Part shown: positions 1-7,191 of the stretch, piece after piece
How the letters are laid out: every line of letters begins with the position of its first letter
Numbering within the stretch: the first letter of the stretch is position 1
Assembly: GCA_964561655.1 (NCBI GenBank)
Contig: CAZLQG010000004.1
Span: 1 to 38,939, forward strand
Direction: 5' to 3'
Length of the DNA stretch: 38,939 nt
Origin: an uncultured Candidatus Saccharibacteria bacterium
GTDB taxonomy: Bacteria > Patescibacteriota > Doudnabacteria > UBA920
Made by a program: the position numbers and the translations under genes
Notes under the pieces: generated by a model
What the model was told of the DNA's origin: nothing
Databases searched by the model: none
What the model saw: the letters and a program-made list of their open reading frames with translations, nothing else

Positions 1-74
1 TGGCAGGGGCGGTAGGAATCGAACCCACGCAAGCGGTTTTGGAGACCGCTGTACTACCATTATACGACGCCCCC
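1..74 (-). tRNA. trnW: tRNA-Trp (anticodon CCA), 3' CCA encoded
   Basis: The reverse complement folds as a cloverleaf. Acceptor GGGGGCG/CGCCCCU. Anticodon stem GCGGU/ACCGC with loop CUCCAAA. T-loop GGGTTCGATTCC. Discriminator G followed by CCA. Confidence 0.9.
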
Positions 75-105
75 CTGTCCCCGCTTTTTGCGGGGTATCC
101 TAAAA

Positions 106-261
106 CTATTTGGTTTCCTTGTGTGCGGTCTTTTTTTTGCAATGCTTGCAGAATTTTTGAAGTTCTAAGCGCTTTTGGGTGTTCTTTTTATTCTTTCTTG
201 TCTGATAATTTAAATTATGGCAGACCGTGCATTCCAAATTTATCAAATTATCTTGAGACAT
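106..261 (-). CDS. rpmG: 50S ribosomal protein L33
   Basis: Shorter than the ORF-track cutoff. Minus-strand ATG at 261-259 and TAG at 108-106. Translation is [51 protein letters not shown], with the CxxC...CxxC zinc-ribbon pattern and HKETK end typical of L33. It lies between tRNA genes, as rpmG often does. Confidence 0.85.
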   Translation of the reverse strand: MSQDNLINLECTVCHNLNYQTRKNKKNTQKRLELQKFCKHCKKKTAHKETK

Positions 262-317
262 CGTGATATTTTAATTAATGATTTTGTTAAGTGCTGTTTA
301 CCCGTCTGCCGATCGCC

Positions 318-393
318 TGGAGCCGGCTGTCGGACTCGAACCGACCACCTACGGTTTACAAAACCGTTGCTCTACCGGATGAGCTAAGCCGGC
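318..393 (-). tRNA. trnT: tRNA-Thr (anticodon UGU), CCA encoded
   Basis: Reverse complement is GCCGGCTTAGCTCATCCGGTAGAGCAACGGTTTTGTAAACCGTAGGTGGTCGGTTCGAGTCCGACAGCCGGCTCCA. Acceptor stem is a perfect 7 bp. Anticodon stem ACGGT/ACCGT with loop TTTGTAA. T arm GTCGG/CCGAC. Confidence 0.92.
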
Positions 394-576
394 ACCCGGC
401 GACTGGCGGGCAGGCAAAACAGTTAATTCGGGCTGAGCGGAGTTTACCCCGAACCGAACAACGTTCTGGTTCGGGGCTGGCTAACTTTTCAAATTCTACC
501 ATAAAATCGTAAAAAAATCCAGTGTTCCAAAGAGTTTTGAATATTGCTATAATATGTTGGTAATTAATGTAAAATC

Positions 577-1827
577 ATGTCTAAAGTCAAAAATTCCAAA
601 CTTGCAAGGCAGGGAAAATTAAAAATTGAACTGGCACAGTCGCGCATGCCGGTTTTGGCTACCATCAATCAAGATTTTAAAAAGCGCCAGCCTGCGGCCG
701 GGATCACTATTGCGGCGTGTTTGCATATCACTAAGGAAACCGCGGTTTTATTAAGGGCTTTAAAAGCAGGCGGCGCTACGGTTGCGGCCTGTGGAAGCAA
801 TCCCCTTTCCACGCAAGACGATGTTGCGGCGGCTTTGGCCAAAGAAGGCATAAATGTTTTTGCCTGGCGCGGTGTCAGTGACGAAAAATATTATTGGTGC
901 CTGAATAAAGTGTTGGACTTTGAGCCACAGATTACCATAGACGATGGCGCGGATTTAATTTCCACCATCCATAAAAAAAGAAAAGCGCTTTTAAAGAAAG
1001 TTTGGGGCGGGCAGGAAGAAACCACTACCGGCGTAATTAGGCTCAAAGCCATGGCGAAAGACGGCGCGCTTAAATATCCAATCGTGGCCGTGAACGATGC
1101 AGACACCAAACATCTTTTTGACAACTATTACGGTACGGGCCAATCTACGATTGACGGTTTACTTCGCGCGACCAACGTTCTTTTAGCAGGAAAAATCGTG
1201 GTCGTAGCGGGCTACGGCCAGTGCGGCAGCGGCATTACCAAAAACGCGCGCGGCCTCGGCGCGCGCGTCATCATCTCCGAAGTCAATCCCCTGCTTGCGC
1301 TAAAAGCTACAATGGACGGTTTTGAAGTAATGTCGCTTAAACAGGCGGCAAAAGTTGGCGAAGTGTTTTTAACCGCCACGGGCGACAGGGACGTTTACAC
1401 TAAAGAGCATTTTAAATTAATGAAGGATGGCGCGATTTTGGGCAACAGCGGGCATTTTGACGTGGAAATAGATGTGAAAAATCTTAAGCAGGCGGCAGTG
1501 AGCAGCAAGCGGGTTAGGGATAATCTTGATGAGTATACGATGAAGGATGGAAGGAAATTGTATTTAATTGCGGAAGGTAGGTTGATGAACTTAGGCGCGG
1601 CCGAAGGCCATCCCAGCGAGGTTATGGACATGTCGTTTGCCAATCAGGCTTTGGTCTGCGAGTGGTTGGTGAAAAACCATCAAACTTTACAAAATGATGT
1701 CTACGGCGTGCCAAAGGCAATTGACGGCAAAGTCGCGCAGCTTAAACTTTCAGCCCTCGGCGTTAAAATCGACAAACTCACGCCAAAGCAGAAAAAGTAT
1801 TTGAGTTCTTGGAAAGAAGGAACGTAG
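577..1827 (+). CDS. ahcY: adenosylhomocysteinase (S-adenosyl-L-homocysteine hydrolase)
   Basis: 416 aa. NAD-binding GYGQCGSG motif, HFDVEID motif, and a C-terminal KLTxxQxxYL tail typical of SAHH. Confidence 0.93.
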   Translation: MSKVKNSKLARQGKLKIELAQSRMPVLATINQDFKKRQPAAGITIAACLHITKETAVLLRALKAGGATVAACGSNPLSTQDDVAAALAKEGINVFAWRGVSDEKYYWCLNKVLDFEPQITIDDGADLISTIHKKRKALLKKVWGGQEETTTGVIRLKAMAKDGALKYPIVAVNDADTKHLFDNYYGTGQSTIDGLLRATNVLLAGKIVVVAGYGQCGSGITKNARGLGARVIISEVNPLLALKATMDGFEVMSLKQAAKVGEVFLTATGDRDVYTKEHFKLMKDGAILGNSGHFDVEIDVKNLKQAAVSSKRVRDNLDEYTMKDGRKLYLIAEGRLMNLGAAEGHPSEVMDMSFANQALVCEWLVKNHQTLQNDVYGVPKAIDGKVAQLKLSALGVKIDKLTPKQKKYLSSWKEGT

Positions 1828-1859
1828 ATAGATTTAGGATTTAAGATTGAGTAAAAATA

Positions 1860-2675
1860 ATGAAGACAGTTAGTTTAAAATCAGGTCTAAAGATGCCCGC
1901 GCTTGGCTTTGGGACCTGGCAACTTAAGGGTGATGATGCTAAGAATGCCGTGAGTTATGCTTTGGAAATCGGTTACCGCCATGTTGATACCGCGGATGCC
2001 TATGGCAACCATATTGAAGTCGGCAAAGGCATAAAAGAAAGTGGCGTCTCGCGTGAGCAGATTTTTCTTACTTCCAAAGTTTTTTATGACAGTCTAGAGC
2101 CAAAACAAATAATTGCCACCGGCGAAAGGGCGCTTAAGGAGCTGGGCGTGGATTATCTGGATTTGTTTTTGCTTCATTGGCCGAACCGTTCAATTCCCAT
2201 TGCCGACCAGCTAAACGCAATGCAGGAACTGAAAAACCGCGGGTTTGTTAAAGCCATTGGCGTTTCCAATTACACCATCCACCATCTTAAAGATGCTTTG
2301 GAAACCGAGATTGAATTTGAAGTTAACCAAGTGGAATTTCACCCTTCTTTGAACCAAAAAGATTTAAAGCAATTTTGTGATGATAATCACATCATCATCA
2401 CGGCCTATTCCCCTATTGCCCAAGGACAGGATTTGAATTTGCCGGAAGTTGTGGAACTCGCAAAAAAGTATAAAAAAAGCCAGTCGCAAATCATCTTAAA
2501 TTGGCTGATAAGCATTGGACTGGTCGCTATCCCCCGCTCGGCTAAAAAAAAGCACATTAAAGACAATCTCGGGGCTTTGGACTGGGAAATGCAGCAGGCT
2601 GATATAGAAAAATTAAGCGGTATTGATAAAGGCAACAGAATTGTAATTCCCGCCTGGGCGGATTTTGAGTATTAG
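1860..2675 (+). CDS. aldo/keto reductase (2,5-diketo-D-gluconate reductase-like)
   Basis: 271 aa. AKR signatures GYRHVDTADAYGN, LDLFLLHWP, and the C-terminal IPRSxxxxHIxxN motif. Confidence 0.85.
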   Translation: MKTVSLKSGLKMPALGFGTWQLKGDDAKNAVSYALEIGYRHVDTADAYGNHIEVGKGIKESGVSREQIFLTSKVFYDSLEPKQIIATGERALKELGVDYLDLFLLHWPNRSIPIADQLNAMQELKNRGFVKAIGVSNYTIHHLKDALETEIEFEVNQVEFHPSLNQKDLKQFCDDNHIIITAYSPIAQGQDLNLPEVVELAKKYKKSQSQIILNWLISIGLVAIPRSAKKKHIKDNLGALDWEMQQADIEKLSGIDKGNRIVIPAWADFEY

Positions 2676-2711
2676 AAATTAGAGATTAGCCAAGAGTCAT
2701 CAGCCAATAGT

Positions 2712-2749
2712 AAAAGGCTCAAGCGCCGTGCTTGAGCCTTTAGTTTTTA
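2712..2749. terminator. bidirectional intrinsic terminator hairpin
   Basis: AAGGCTCAAGC-gccgt-GCTTGAGCCTT, with an A-run on one side and a T-run on the other. It lies between the convergent AKR gene and tRNA-Tyr. Confidence 0.6.
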
Positions 2750-2751
2750 TG

Positions 2752-2838
2752 TGGTGCAGGGAGCAGGATTCGAACCTGCGTAGCCACAAGGGCGGCTGAT
2801 TTACAGTCAGCTGCGATTGACCGCTCCGCCATCCCTGC
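2752..2838 (-). tRNA. trnY: tRNA-Tyr (anticodon GUA), class II long variable arm, CCA encoded
   Basis: Reverse complement is GCAGGGATGGCGGAGCGGTCAATCGCAGCTGACTGTAAATCAGCCGCCCTTGTGGCTACGCAGGTTCGAATCCTGCTCCCTGCACCA. Anticodon stem GCTGA/TCAGC with loop CTGTAAA. Acceptor GCAGGGA/TCCCTGC. Confidence 0.9.
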
Positions 2839-3091
2839 AAAATGATGACTTCGTTATTAATTTTTTAAAGGCCTCTCCGCCTTTGTATTTTTTAATTTGA
2901 AACTCTCTTCTGTATGCGTCTTGTTTTGAGGCGAAAATTTCTTTATAAACAATCTCCCAAGGCATGCCTTGCTTAGTAGACTTATTTTTTCCTTGGTTGT
3001 GTCTTTTCAGGCGGTTTTCTAGATTATTGGTGTGCCCAATATAATATCTATTTTTTGAATCGCTACGTAATATATAAACGTAATATGTCAT
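2807..3091 (-). CDS. small GIY-YIG nuclease family protein; its 3' end overlaps tRNA-Tyr
   Basis: I place the start at the internal ATG (3091-3089), giving MTYYVYILRSDSKNRYYIGHTNNLENRLKRHNQGK... This carries the GIY-YIG motifs (YVYIL...YIGHT, R..H, and a downstream E). The last ~10 codons and the TGA stop lie inside tRNA-Tyr (2807-2838). Confidence 0.75.
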   Translation of the reverse strand: MTYYVYILRSDSKNRYYIGHTNNLENRLKRHNQGKNKSTKQGMPWEIVYKEIFASKQDAYRREFQIKKYKGGEAFKKLITKSSFCRDGGAVNRS

Positions 3092-3153
3092 CGGGACCGC
3101 CCACCGCCTTTGGCGGGGCCCCGCTGAAAGCGGTGGTCCGCCATCCCTGCAAA
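2842..3153 (-). mobile_element. 312-bp GIY-YIG insertion unit bounded by a 17-bp direct repeat of the tRNA-Tyr 5' end
   Basis: TCCGCCATCCCTGCAAA occurs at 2825-2841 and again at 3137-3153. The unit contains a GC-rich hairpin segment (3092-3136) plus the GIY-YIG ORF. Confidence 0.5.
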
Positions 3154-3224
3154 GTAAATAAATTATTAAATTATGCTGATAAATTTTATCAAATTTTTCT
3201 AGAAAAAGCAACCCTTTAGAGTAT

Positions 3225-3929
3225 TTATCCAGCCAAAATTCCCGCTATCAGGCCTACCCCCAAAGCAATGCCGCCGATGATTAGCATCCTTAAACCGGAT
3301 TTAAGAAAAGGCTGTTTGGTAAATTTGGTGGTGGTCGCGCCTAAGACGAAAAGGCCAATAAGCGTTAAGCCAATGGAAATAGGCACCGCTGTTTTTATGG
3401 GTAATACAAAATAAGAGAACAAAGGAATAATGCCGCCAATTACGTAAGCCCCAAACATATACAGCCCGCCTTTAATGGAAGTGGAATTTTTAGAAGGAAA
3501 AACATTGAGTTCGCGAATAGCCATTTCTTTTAGCATTAGCTTTTGGTTTTGCGAAGCGGTATTGGTCATTTCTTTGGCTAAGTTTTTCGGCCAGCCTTCT
3601 TCAATATAGATTTTGAACAATTCGTCTTTTTCTTCCTGCGGAAAAGAAGATATTTCTTCGGTTTCTTCCTGAATTTTCCTTTTTTCCAACTCTTCTTGCG
3701 ATCGGCTGGACAGGTAAGAGCCGATACCCATAGAAATTGATTCCACCGCGATAATTACTATGCCTGCTAAGACAACGGTGTAATGGTTGCCGCTGCCTAT
3801 GGCAATGCCGGTAATAGAGCCTAAAGTAGATACCATGCCGTCTTCCATGCCGAAGACCACTTCCCTTAAGACATCGCTAAAGCGGGAACTTTGATGGTGG
3901 ACGTAGTCTTGGTTGAAATTATGGTGCAT
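3225..3929 (-). CDS. VIT1/CCC1 family iron/manganese transporter
   Basis: 234 aa. N-terminal FGMEDGMVSTLGSITG motif, a central acidic helical segment, and C-terminal TM helices typical of the VIT family. Confidence 0.8.
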   Translation of the reverse strand: MHHNFNQDYVHHQSSRFSDVLREVVFGMEDGMVSTLGSITGIAIGSGNHYTVVLAGIVIIAVESISMGIGSYLSSRSQEELEKRKIQEETEEISSFPQEEKDELFKIYIEEGWPKNLAKEMTNTASQNQKLMLKEMAIRELNVFPSKNSTSIKGGLYMFGAYVIGGIIPLFSYFVLPIKTAVPISIGLTLIGLFVLGATTTKFTKQPFLKSGLRMLIIGGIALGVGLIAGILAG

Positions 3930-3982
3930 AAAGATATTTTAGCAGATTTAAAAAATTTTAGATATTCAGATATTCAAGCAAA

Positions 3983-4006
3983 ATACCCCGAAAACTTTCG
4001 GGGTAT
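3983..4006. terminator. intrinsic terminator hairpin after the minus-strand tRNA cluster
   Basis: ATACCCCGAAA-ac-TTTCGGGGTAT is a perfect hairpin. On the minus strand it is followed by TTTGCTT. Confidence 0.6.
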
Positions 4007-4011
4007 TTCTT

Positions 4012-4090
4012 TGGAGCCGTTGCGCGGATTTGAACCGCGGACCCCGGTAGTACAACCTTCGGTTGACTACGGGGCAGGCCTACTCCTTAC
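4012..4090 (-). pseudogene. orphan tRNA-Thr-like 3' portion: anticodon-loop 3' half, expanded variable region, T arm, acceptor 3' strand, CCA
   Basis: Reverse complement is GTAAGGAGTAGG-CCTGCCCCGTAGTCAACCGAAGGTTGTACTACCGGGG-TC-CGCGGTTCAAATCCGCG-CAACGGC-T-CCA. The first 12 nt are identical to tRNA-Thr(GGU). I found no matching acceptor 5' strand (GCCGTTG) or D arm nearby. Confidence 0.5.
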
Positions 4091-4199
4091 GTTCTCAGCT
4101 TTTCTCTGGAGCCGATGTCCGGATTTGAACCGGAGACCTACTCCTTACCATGGAGTTGCTCTACCAACTGAGCTACATCGGCAGAGAAAAGCTGAGAAC
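4091..4199. repeat. perfect 16-bp inverted repeat bracketing tRNA-Thr(GGU)
   Basis: GTTCTCAGCTTTTCTC (4091-4106) abuts the tRNA CCA end. GAGAAAAGCTGAGAAC (4184-4199) lies 1 nt from the tRNA 5' end. The two arms are exact reverse complements. Confidence 0.9.
4107..4182 (-). tRNA. trnT: tRNA-Thr (anticodon GGU), CCA encoded
   Basis: Reverse complement is GCCGATGTAGCTCAGTTGGTAGAGCAACTCCATGGTAAGGAGTAGGTCTCCGGTTCAAATCCGGACATCGGCTCCA. The cloverleaf is canonical, with anticodon loop ATGGTAA. Confidence 0.92.
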
Positions 4200-4224
4200 T
4201 ATAGAGTTGCGGCATTTATCCTAT

Positions 4225-5058
4225 TTAGATTTGCTTTTTTTTATTTGGCAAACTTAGCTTCTCTGCTTTTAGCGTTGCCTGTTTTGCTTTTTTAGCCTGT
4301 CCCAGTTTTGCATAGGCATTTGACAGCCCAAGGTAAAACTTTGCGTTTTTGCCTTCCAAGTCGATGGCTTTTTCAAAAGCTAATACTGCCTCATCCCATT
4401 TTTCTAAAGCGCCAAAGCATAAACCTAAGTTATAATAGCGGTTTGGCTGGGTTGAATCAAGGCTTAGGGAAGTTTCGTAATTTTTAACGGCTTGGTCGTA
4501 GATGCCGGTCTGGTAAAAGCATAAAGCTAATTTGGCATGGTAGTCGCTATTCCCCGCTTCGTGGTGCGTGAGGTACAAATAAATATCTTTGGCTTCGGGG
4601 TAATTTTTTTGAGCCAAATAGAACTTGCCGAGATCGTCGTAAAGTTTTAAGTTTTTTGGCTCTTTTTTGATGGCTTCCAAAAAACCGTTTTCATCTTTAA
4701 TTTGTGTTCGGGTTTCGGCAGCAATCTCTTGAGGCGCTGATGCCTGCCGGGCTGTTTTATGGGTTTTTTTGAAAAACTTTTTAATTTGATAGCCGGCCTT
4801 GGCGGAAGGTTTTAAATCTTTGGCTTCCAAAACAAAGTTCCAGAATTTTTTCCACCAAAGCTTAAGCGAAGTTTTAATTTTGGAAATATTTAAAGTCGGC
4901 AATCCCTTGTCAGCCAGTTTCTGGTCGAAAGAATCTGCACTTACGTTGTTTGGCTCTGGGTTTATAGCTGCGGGCAGGCGTCTTAAGATTATGAGGATAA
5001 TCCCCACTACCGCCAATATAAAAATTATGTTTGGTAAGAATTGGTAAGACAAAACCAT
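4225..5058 (-). CDS. membrane-anchored TPR repeat protein
   Basis: 277 aa. N-terminal TM helix (IIFILAVVGIILIIL) followed by several 34-aa TPR-like units (e.g. AKDIYLYLTHHEAGNSDYHAKLALCFYQTGIYDQAVKNYETSL). Confidence 0.7.
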   Translation of the reverse strand: MVLSYQFLPNIIFILAVVGIILIILRRLPAAINPEPNNVSADSFDQKLADKGLPTLNISKIKTSLKLWWKKFWNFVLEAKDLKPSAKAGYQIKKFFKKTHKTARQASAPQEIAAETRTQIKDENGFLEAIKKEPKNLKLYDDLGKFYLAQKNYPEAKDIYLYLTHHEAGNSDYHAKLALCFYQTGIYDQAVKNYETSLSLDSTQPNRYYNLGLCFGALEKWDEAVLAFEKAIDLEGKNAKFYLGLSNAYAKLGQAKKAKQATLKAEKLSLPNKKKQI

Positions 5059-5143
5059 TTAAAAAATTGAACATAATTGACCAAAATTGACAAAAATAGA
5101 TTATGTCAATTATGCTAATTTTAATTAATTTTGGTCAATGACT

Positions 5144-5725
5144 TTAGTTTCCCAAGACAAACCTGGCAAAACGCCTGATTTGAATATTTTCACCAATTTT
5201 GGAAACCGCCTCCGCCAAGAGGTCTTTAATTTTTAAGTCAGGGTTTTTTATGTAGGTCTGTTCCAAAAGGCAGACTTCTTCGTAGTATTTGGCGAGCTTG
5301 CCTTGTATCATTTTATTTGCGACTTCTTCGGGTTTGCCTTTGGTGGATTCCTTGTAAATTTCTTTTTCCTTTTCCACGACTTCTGCGGGCACATCATTTT
5401 GAGATACGTATAAAGGATTGGTAGCTGCTATGTGCATAGCCAAATCTTTCGCCAAATTTTGGAAATCTTCCGTTCTGGCGACAAAGTCGGTTTCGCAGTT
5501 TAATTCCAAAAGTACGCCGATTTTGCTTCCCGGGTGAATATAGCTGGCTATTACGCCTTCTTTGGCTGCGCGGTCCGCTTTTTTTCCAAGCTTGAGCGCG
5601 CCTTTTTTTCTTAATATTTCCACGGCCTTTTCTTTGTTGTTTTTGGCTTCTGTTAAAGCCTGCTTGACTTCTAAAATCCCGGCTCCGGTTAATTCTCTGA
5701 GTTCTTTGACTAAATTATTGGACAT
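5144..5725 (-). CDS. tsf: translation elongation factor Ts (short form)
   Basis: 193 aa. N-terminal [16 protein letters not shown]...LRKKG UBA-like motif. Lies directly downstream of rpsB. Confidence 0.9.
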   Translation of the reverse strand: MSNNLVKELRELTGAGILEVKQALTEAKNNKEKAVEILRKKGALKLGKKADRAAKEGVIASYIHPGSKIGVLLELNCETDFVARTEDFQNLAKDLAMHIAATNPLYVSQNDVPAEVVEKEKEIYKESTKGKPEEVANKMIQGKLAKYYEEVCLLEQTYIKNPDLKIKDLLAEAVSKIGENIQIRRFARFVLGN

Positions 5726-5820
5726 AAATTGAATTTCCGATTTTTAATTTTCATTTAATAATTTAATGTTTCAATTTTTATTTGAAAATTTATTGAAATT
5801 TTTAATTTAAAAATTAAAAA

Positions 5821-6573
5821 TTATTTTTCAGTTTTGGTTTCTTCTTTTGGCGCTGGTGATGCTGGTTCTGGTTTTGCGGCCGTGGAAATCGCCTGTTTGC
5901 CTTCTTTAATGGCTTCGCTAATGAGGCTGCAAATAAGTTCGATGGTTTTGGTAGAATCGTCGTTCGCAGGGACGGGAAAGTCCAAGCCTTCTGGATCGCT
6001 GTTAGAATCCACAATGCCAATGGTTTTGACTTTAGCTTTATACGCTTCCTTAACCGCTATGGCTTCATGTTTAACATCGGTTACGAATATTGCCTCCGGT
6101 AGCCTTTTTAGGCTCTGGATGCCTTCAAACAGTTTTTTAAGCTTCTCGATTTCGCGTTCAATCAGCAGCCTTTCTTTTTTAGTGTATTTAATTTCCAATT
6201 CACCGGAGGCTTTAAGGTTTTCTAGCTTTTCCAGTTTTTTTATGGTTTTTTGGATGGTTCTAAAGTTGGTAAAAGTGCCTCCCAGCCAGCGGACGTTTAT
6301 ATAGGGCATTCCGCAATTTTCGGCTGCTTTTTTAATAATGTCTTTGGTTTGTTTTTTCGTGCCGACAAAAAGGGTAATTCCTCCCTGCGTTGCCAGGTCT
6401 TTGGCAAATTTAGCCGTTGCAAGCAGGGCTTTTTTGGTTTTTTCCAAATCCAGAATATGGATGCCGCCGCGGGACGCAAAAATATAGGGCTTCATTTTTG
6501 GGTTCCATTTGGCGGTGGTGTGCCCGAAATGCGCGCCGCTTTTTAGCAAATCTAAAAGAGAGACGTCTTTCAT
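5821..6573 (-). CDS. rpsB: 30S ribosomal protein S2
   Basis: I place the start at the internal ATG (MKDVSLLDLLKSGAHFGH...), preceded by GGAAAGGA 8 nt upstream. The S2 signature GAHFGH...WNPKM is present, with a Pro/Lys-rich C-terminal tail. Confidence 0.92.
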   Translation of the reverse strand: MKDVSLLDLLKSGAHFGHTTAKWNPKMKPYIFASRGGIHILDLEKTKKALLATAKFAKDLATQGGITLFVGTKKQTKDIIKKAAENCGMPYINVRWLGGTFTNFRTIQKTIKKLEKLENLKASGELEIKYTKKERLLIEREIEKLKKLFEGIQSLKRLPEAIFVTDVKHEAIAVKEAYKAKVKTIGIVDSNSDPEGLDFPVPANDDSTKTIELICSLISEAIKEGKQAISTAAKPEPASPAPKEETKTEK

Positions 6574-6714
6574 ATTATCCTTTCCTTGTCCCGATATAAT
6601 CGGGTTTTCTTCTACCCCGCTAAATCCCATATGTTAGGTCCTCAAACCCATAGGGACAGGAGAAGTTGCGCGGAGTATGCTTGATTAATTAAAGCCTGGT
6701 TATTATATCAGTCA

Positions 6715-6743
6715 TTGACTTTTTTGGCAAGTGTTGGTAGAAT
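6715..6743 (+). promoter_or_regulatory. sigma70-like promoter for rpmE
   Basis: TTGACT (6715-6720), 17-nt spacer, TAGAAT (6738-6743). Confidence 0.5.
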
Positions 6744-6753
6744 GTATCGGTGT

Positions 6754-7014
6754 ATGAAAGACAATATCCACCCAGCCTATCATAATAACGCCAAAGTAGT
6801 TTGCGCTTGCGGCAATTCTTTTACCGCCGGCTCAACTCAAAAAGAAATTCACGTGGAAATTTGCAGTAATTGCCACCCTTTCTTTACTGGCACCCAGAAA
6901 CTTATAGATACCACCGGAACCGTGGATAAGTTTAAAAAACGCGCTGCCGCCGCAGTCAGGCTTAAAAGTCAGGCAAAACCTAAAAAGGCAAGAAAGACAA
7001 GGGAGAAAAAGTAG
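6754..7014 (+). CDS. rpmE: 50S ribosomal protein L31 (Cys-containing form)
   Basis: [10 protein letters not shown]...VCACGNSF...[10 protein letters not shown] is a classic L31 sequence. The start is taken at the internal ATG. Confidence 0.9.
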   Translation: MKDNIHPAYHNNAKVVCACGNSFTAGSTQKEIHVEICSNCHPFFTGTQKLIDTTGTVDKFKKRAAAAVRLKSQAKPKKARKTREKK

Positions 7015-7038
7015 GTTATCATTTTTCGTCTTTTCAAA

Positions 7039-7066
7039 GCACCCTGATGATCAAAGGGTGTTTTTA
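7039..7066 (+). terminator. intrinsic terminator after rpmE
   Basis: CACCCT-gatgatcaa-AGGGTG followed by TTTTT. Confidence 0.6.
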
Positions 7067-7191
7067 TGTTAGAATCTACATTAGTGAAAAGCTAATATTG
7101 AAGAACTAAGAATTATAGCTTAGAACTAAAAGCTTTTAGTTTGAAAATGTGGTTATTTAGATATTAATTTTAAAGTTTTAGTTAAATTATC

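Noticed and set aside
39-512. Plus-strand ORFs 39-266 (75 aa) and 291-512 (73 aa)
   Set aside because: They run antisense through rpmG and two tRNA genes. Their translations are low-complexity with no motif, so I treat them as ORF-finder artefacts.
2752-3153. Group I (or other) intron in tRNA-Tyr carrying a homing endonuclease
   Set aside because: The downstream tRNA-Tyr is complete and uninterrupted. Only its first 14 nt (plus 3 upstream nt) are duplicated. I see no group I core elements, and the insertion point is in the D loop rather than the anticodon loop.
3891-4295. Plus-strand ORF of 134 aa across the tRNA-Thr region
   Set aside because: It reads straight through the complement of tRNA genes and a terminator, so it is not credible as coding.
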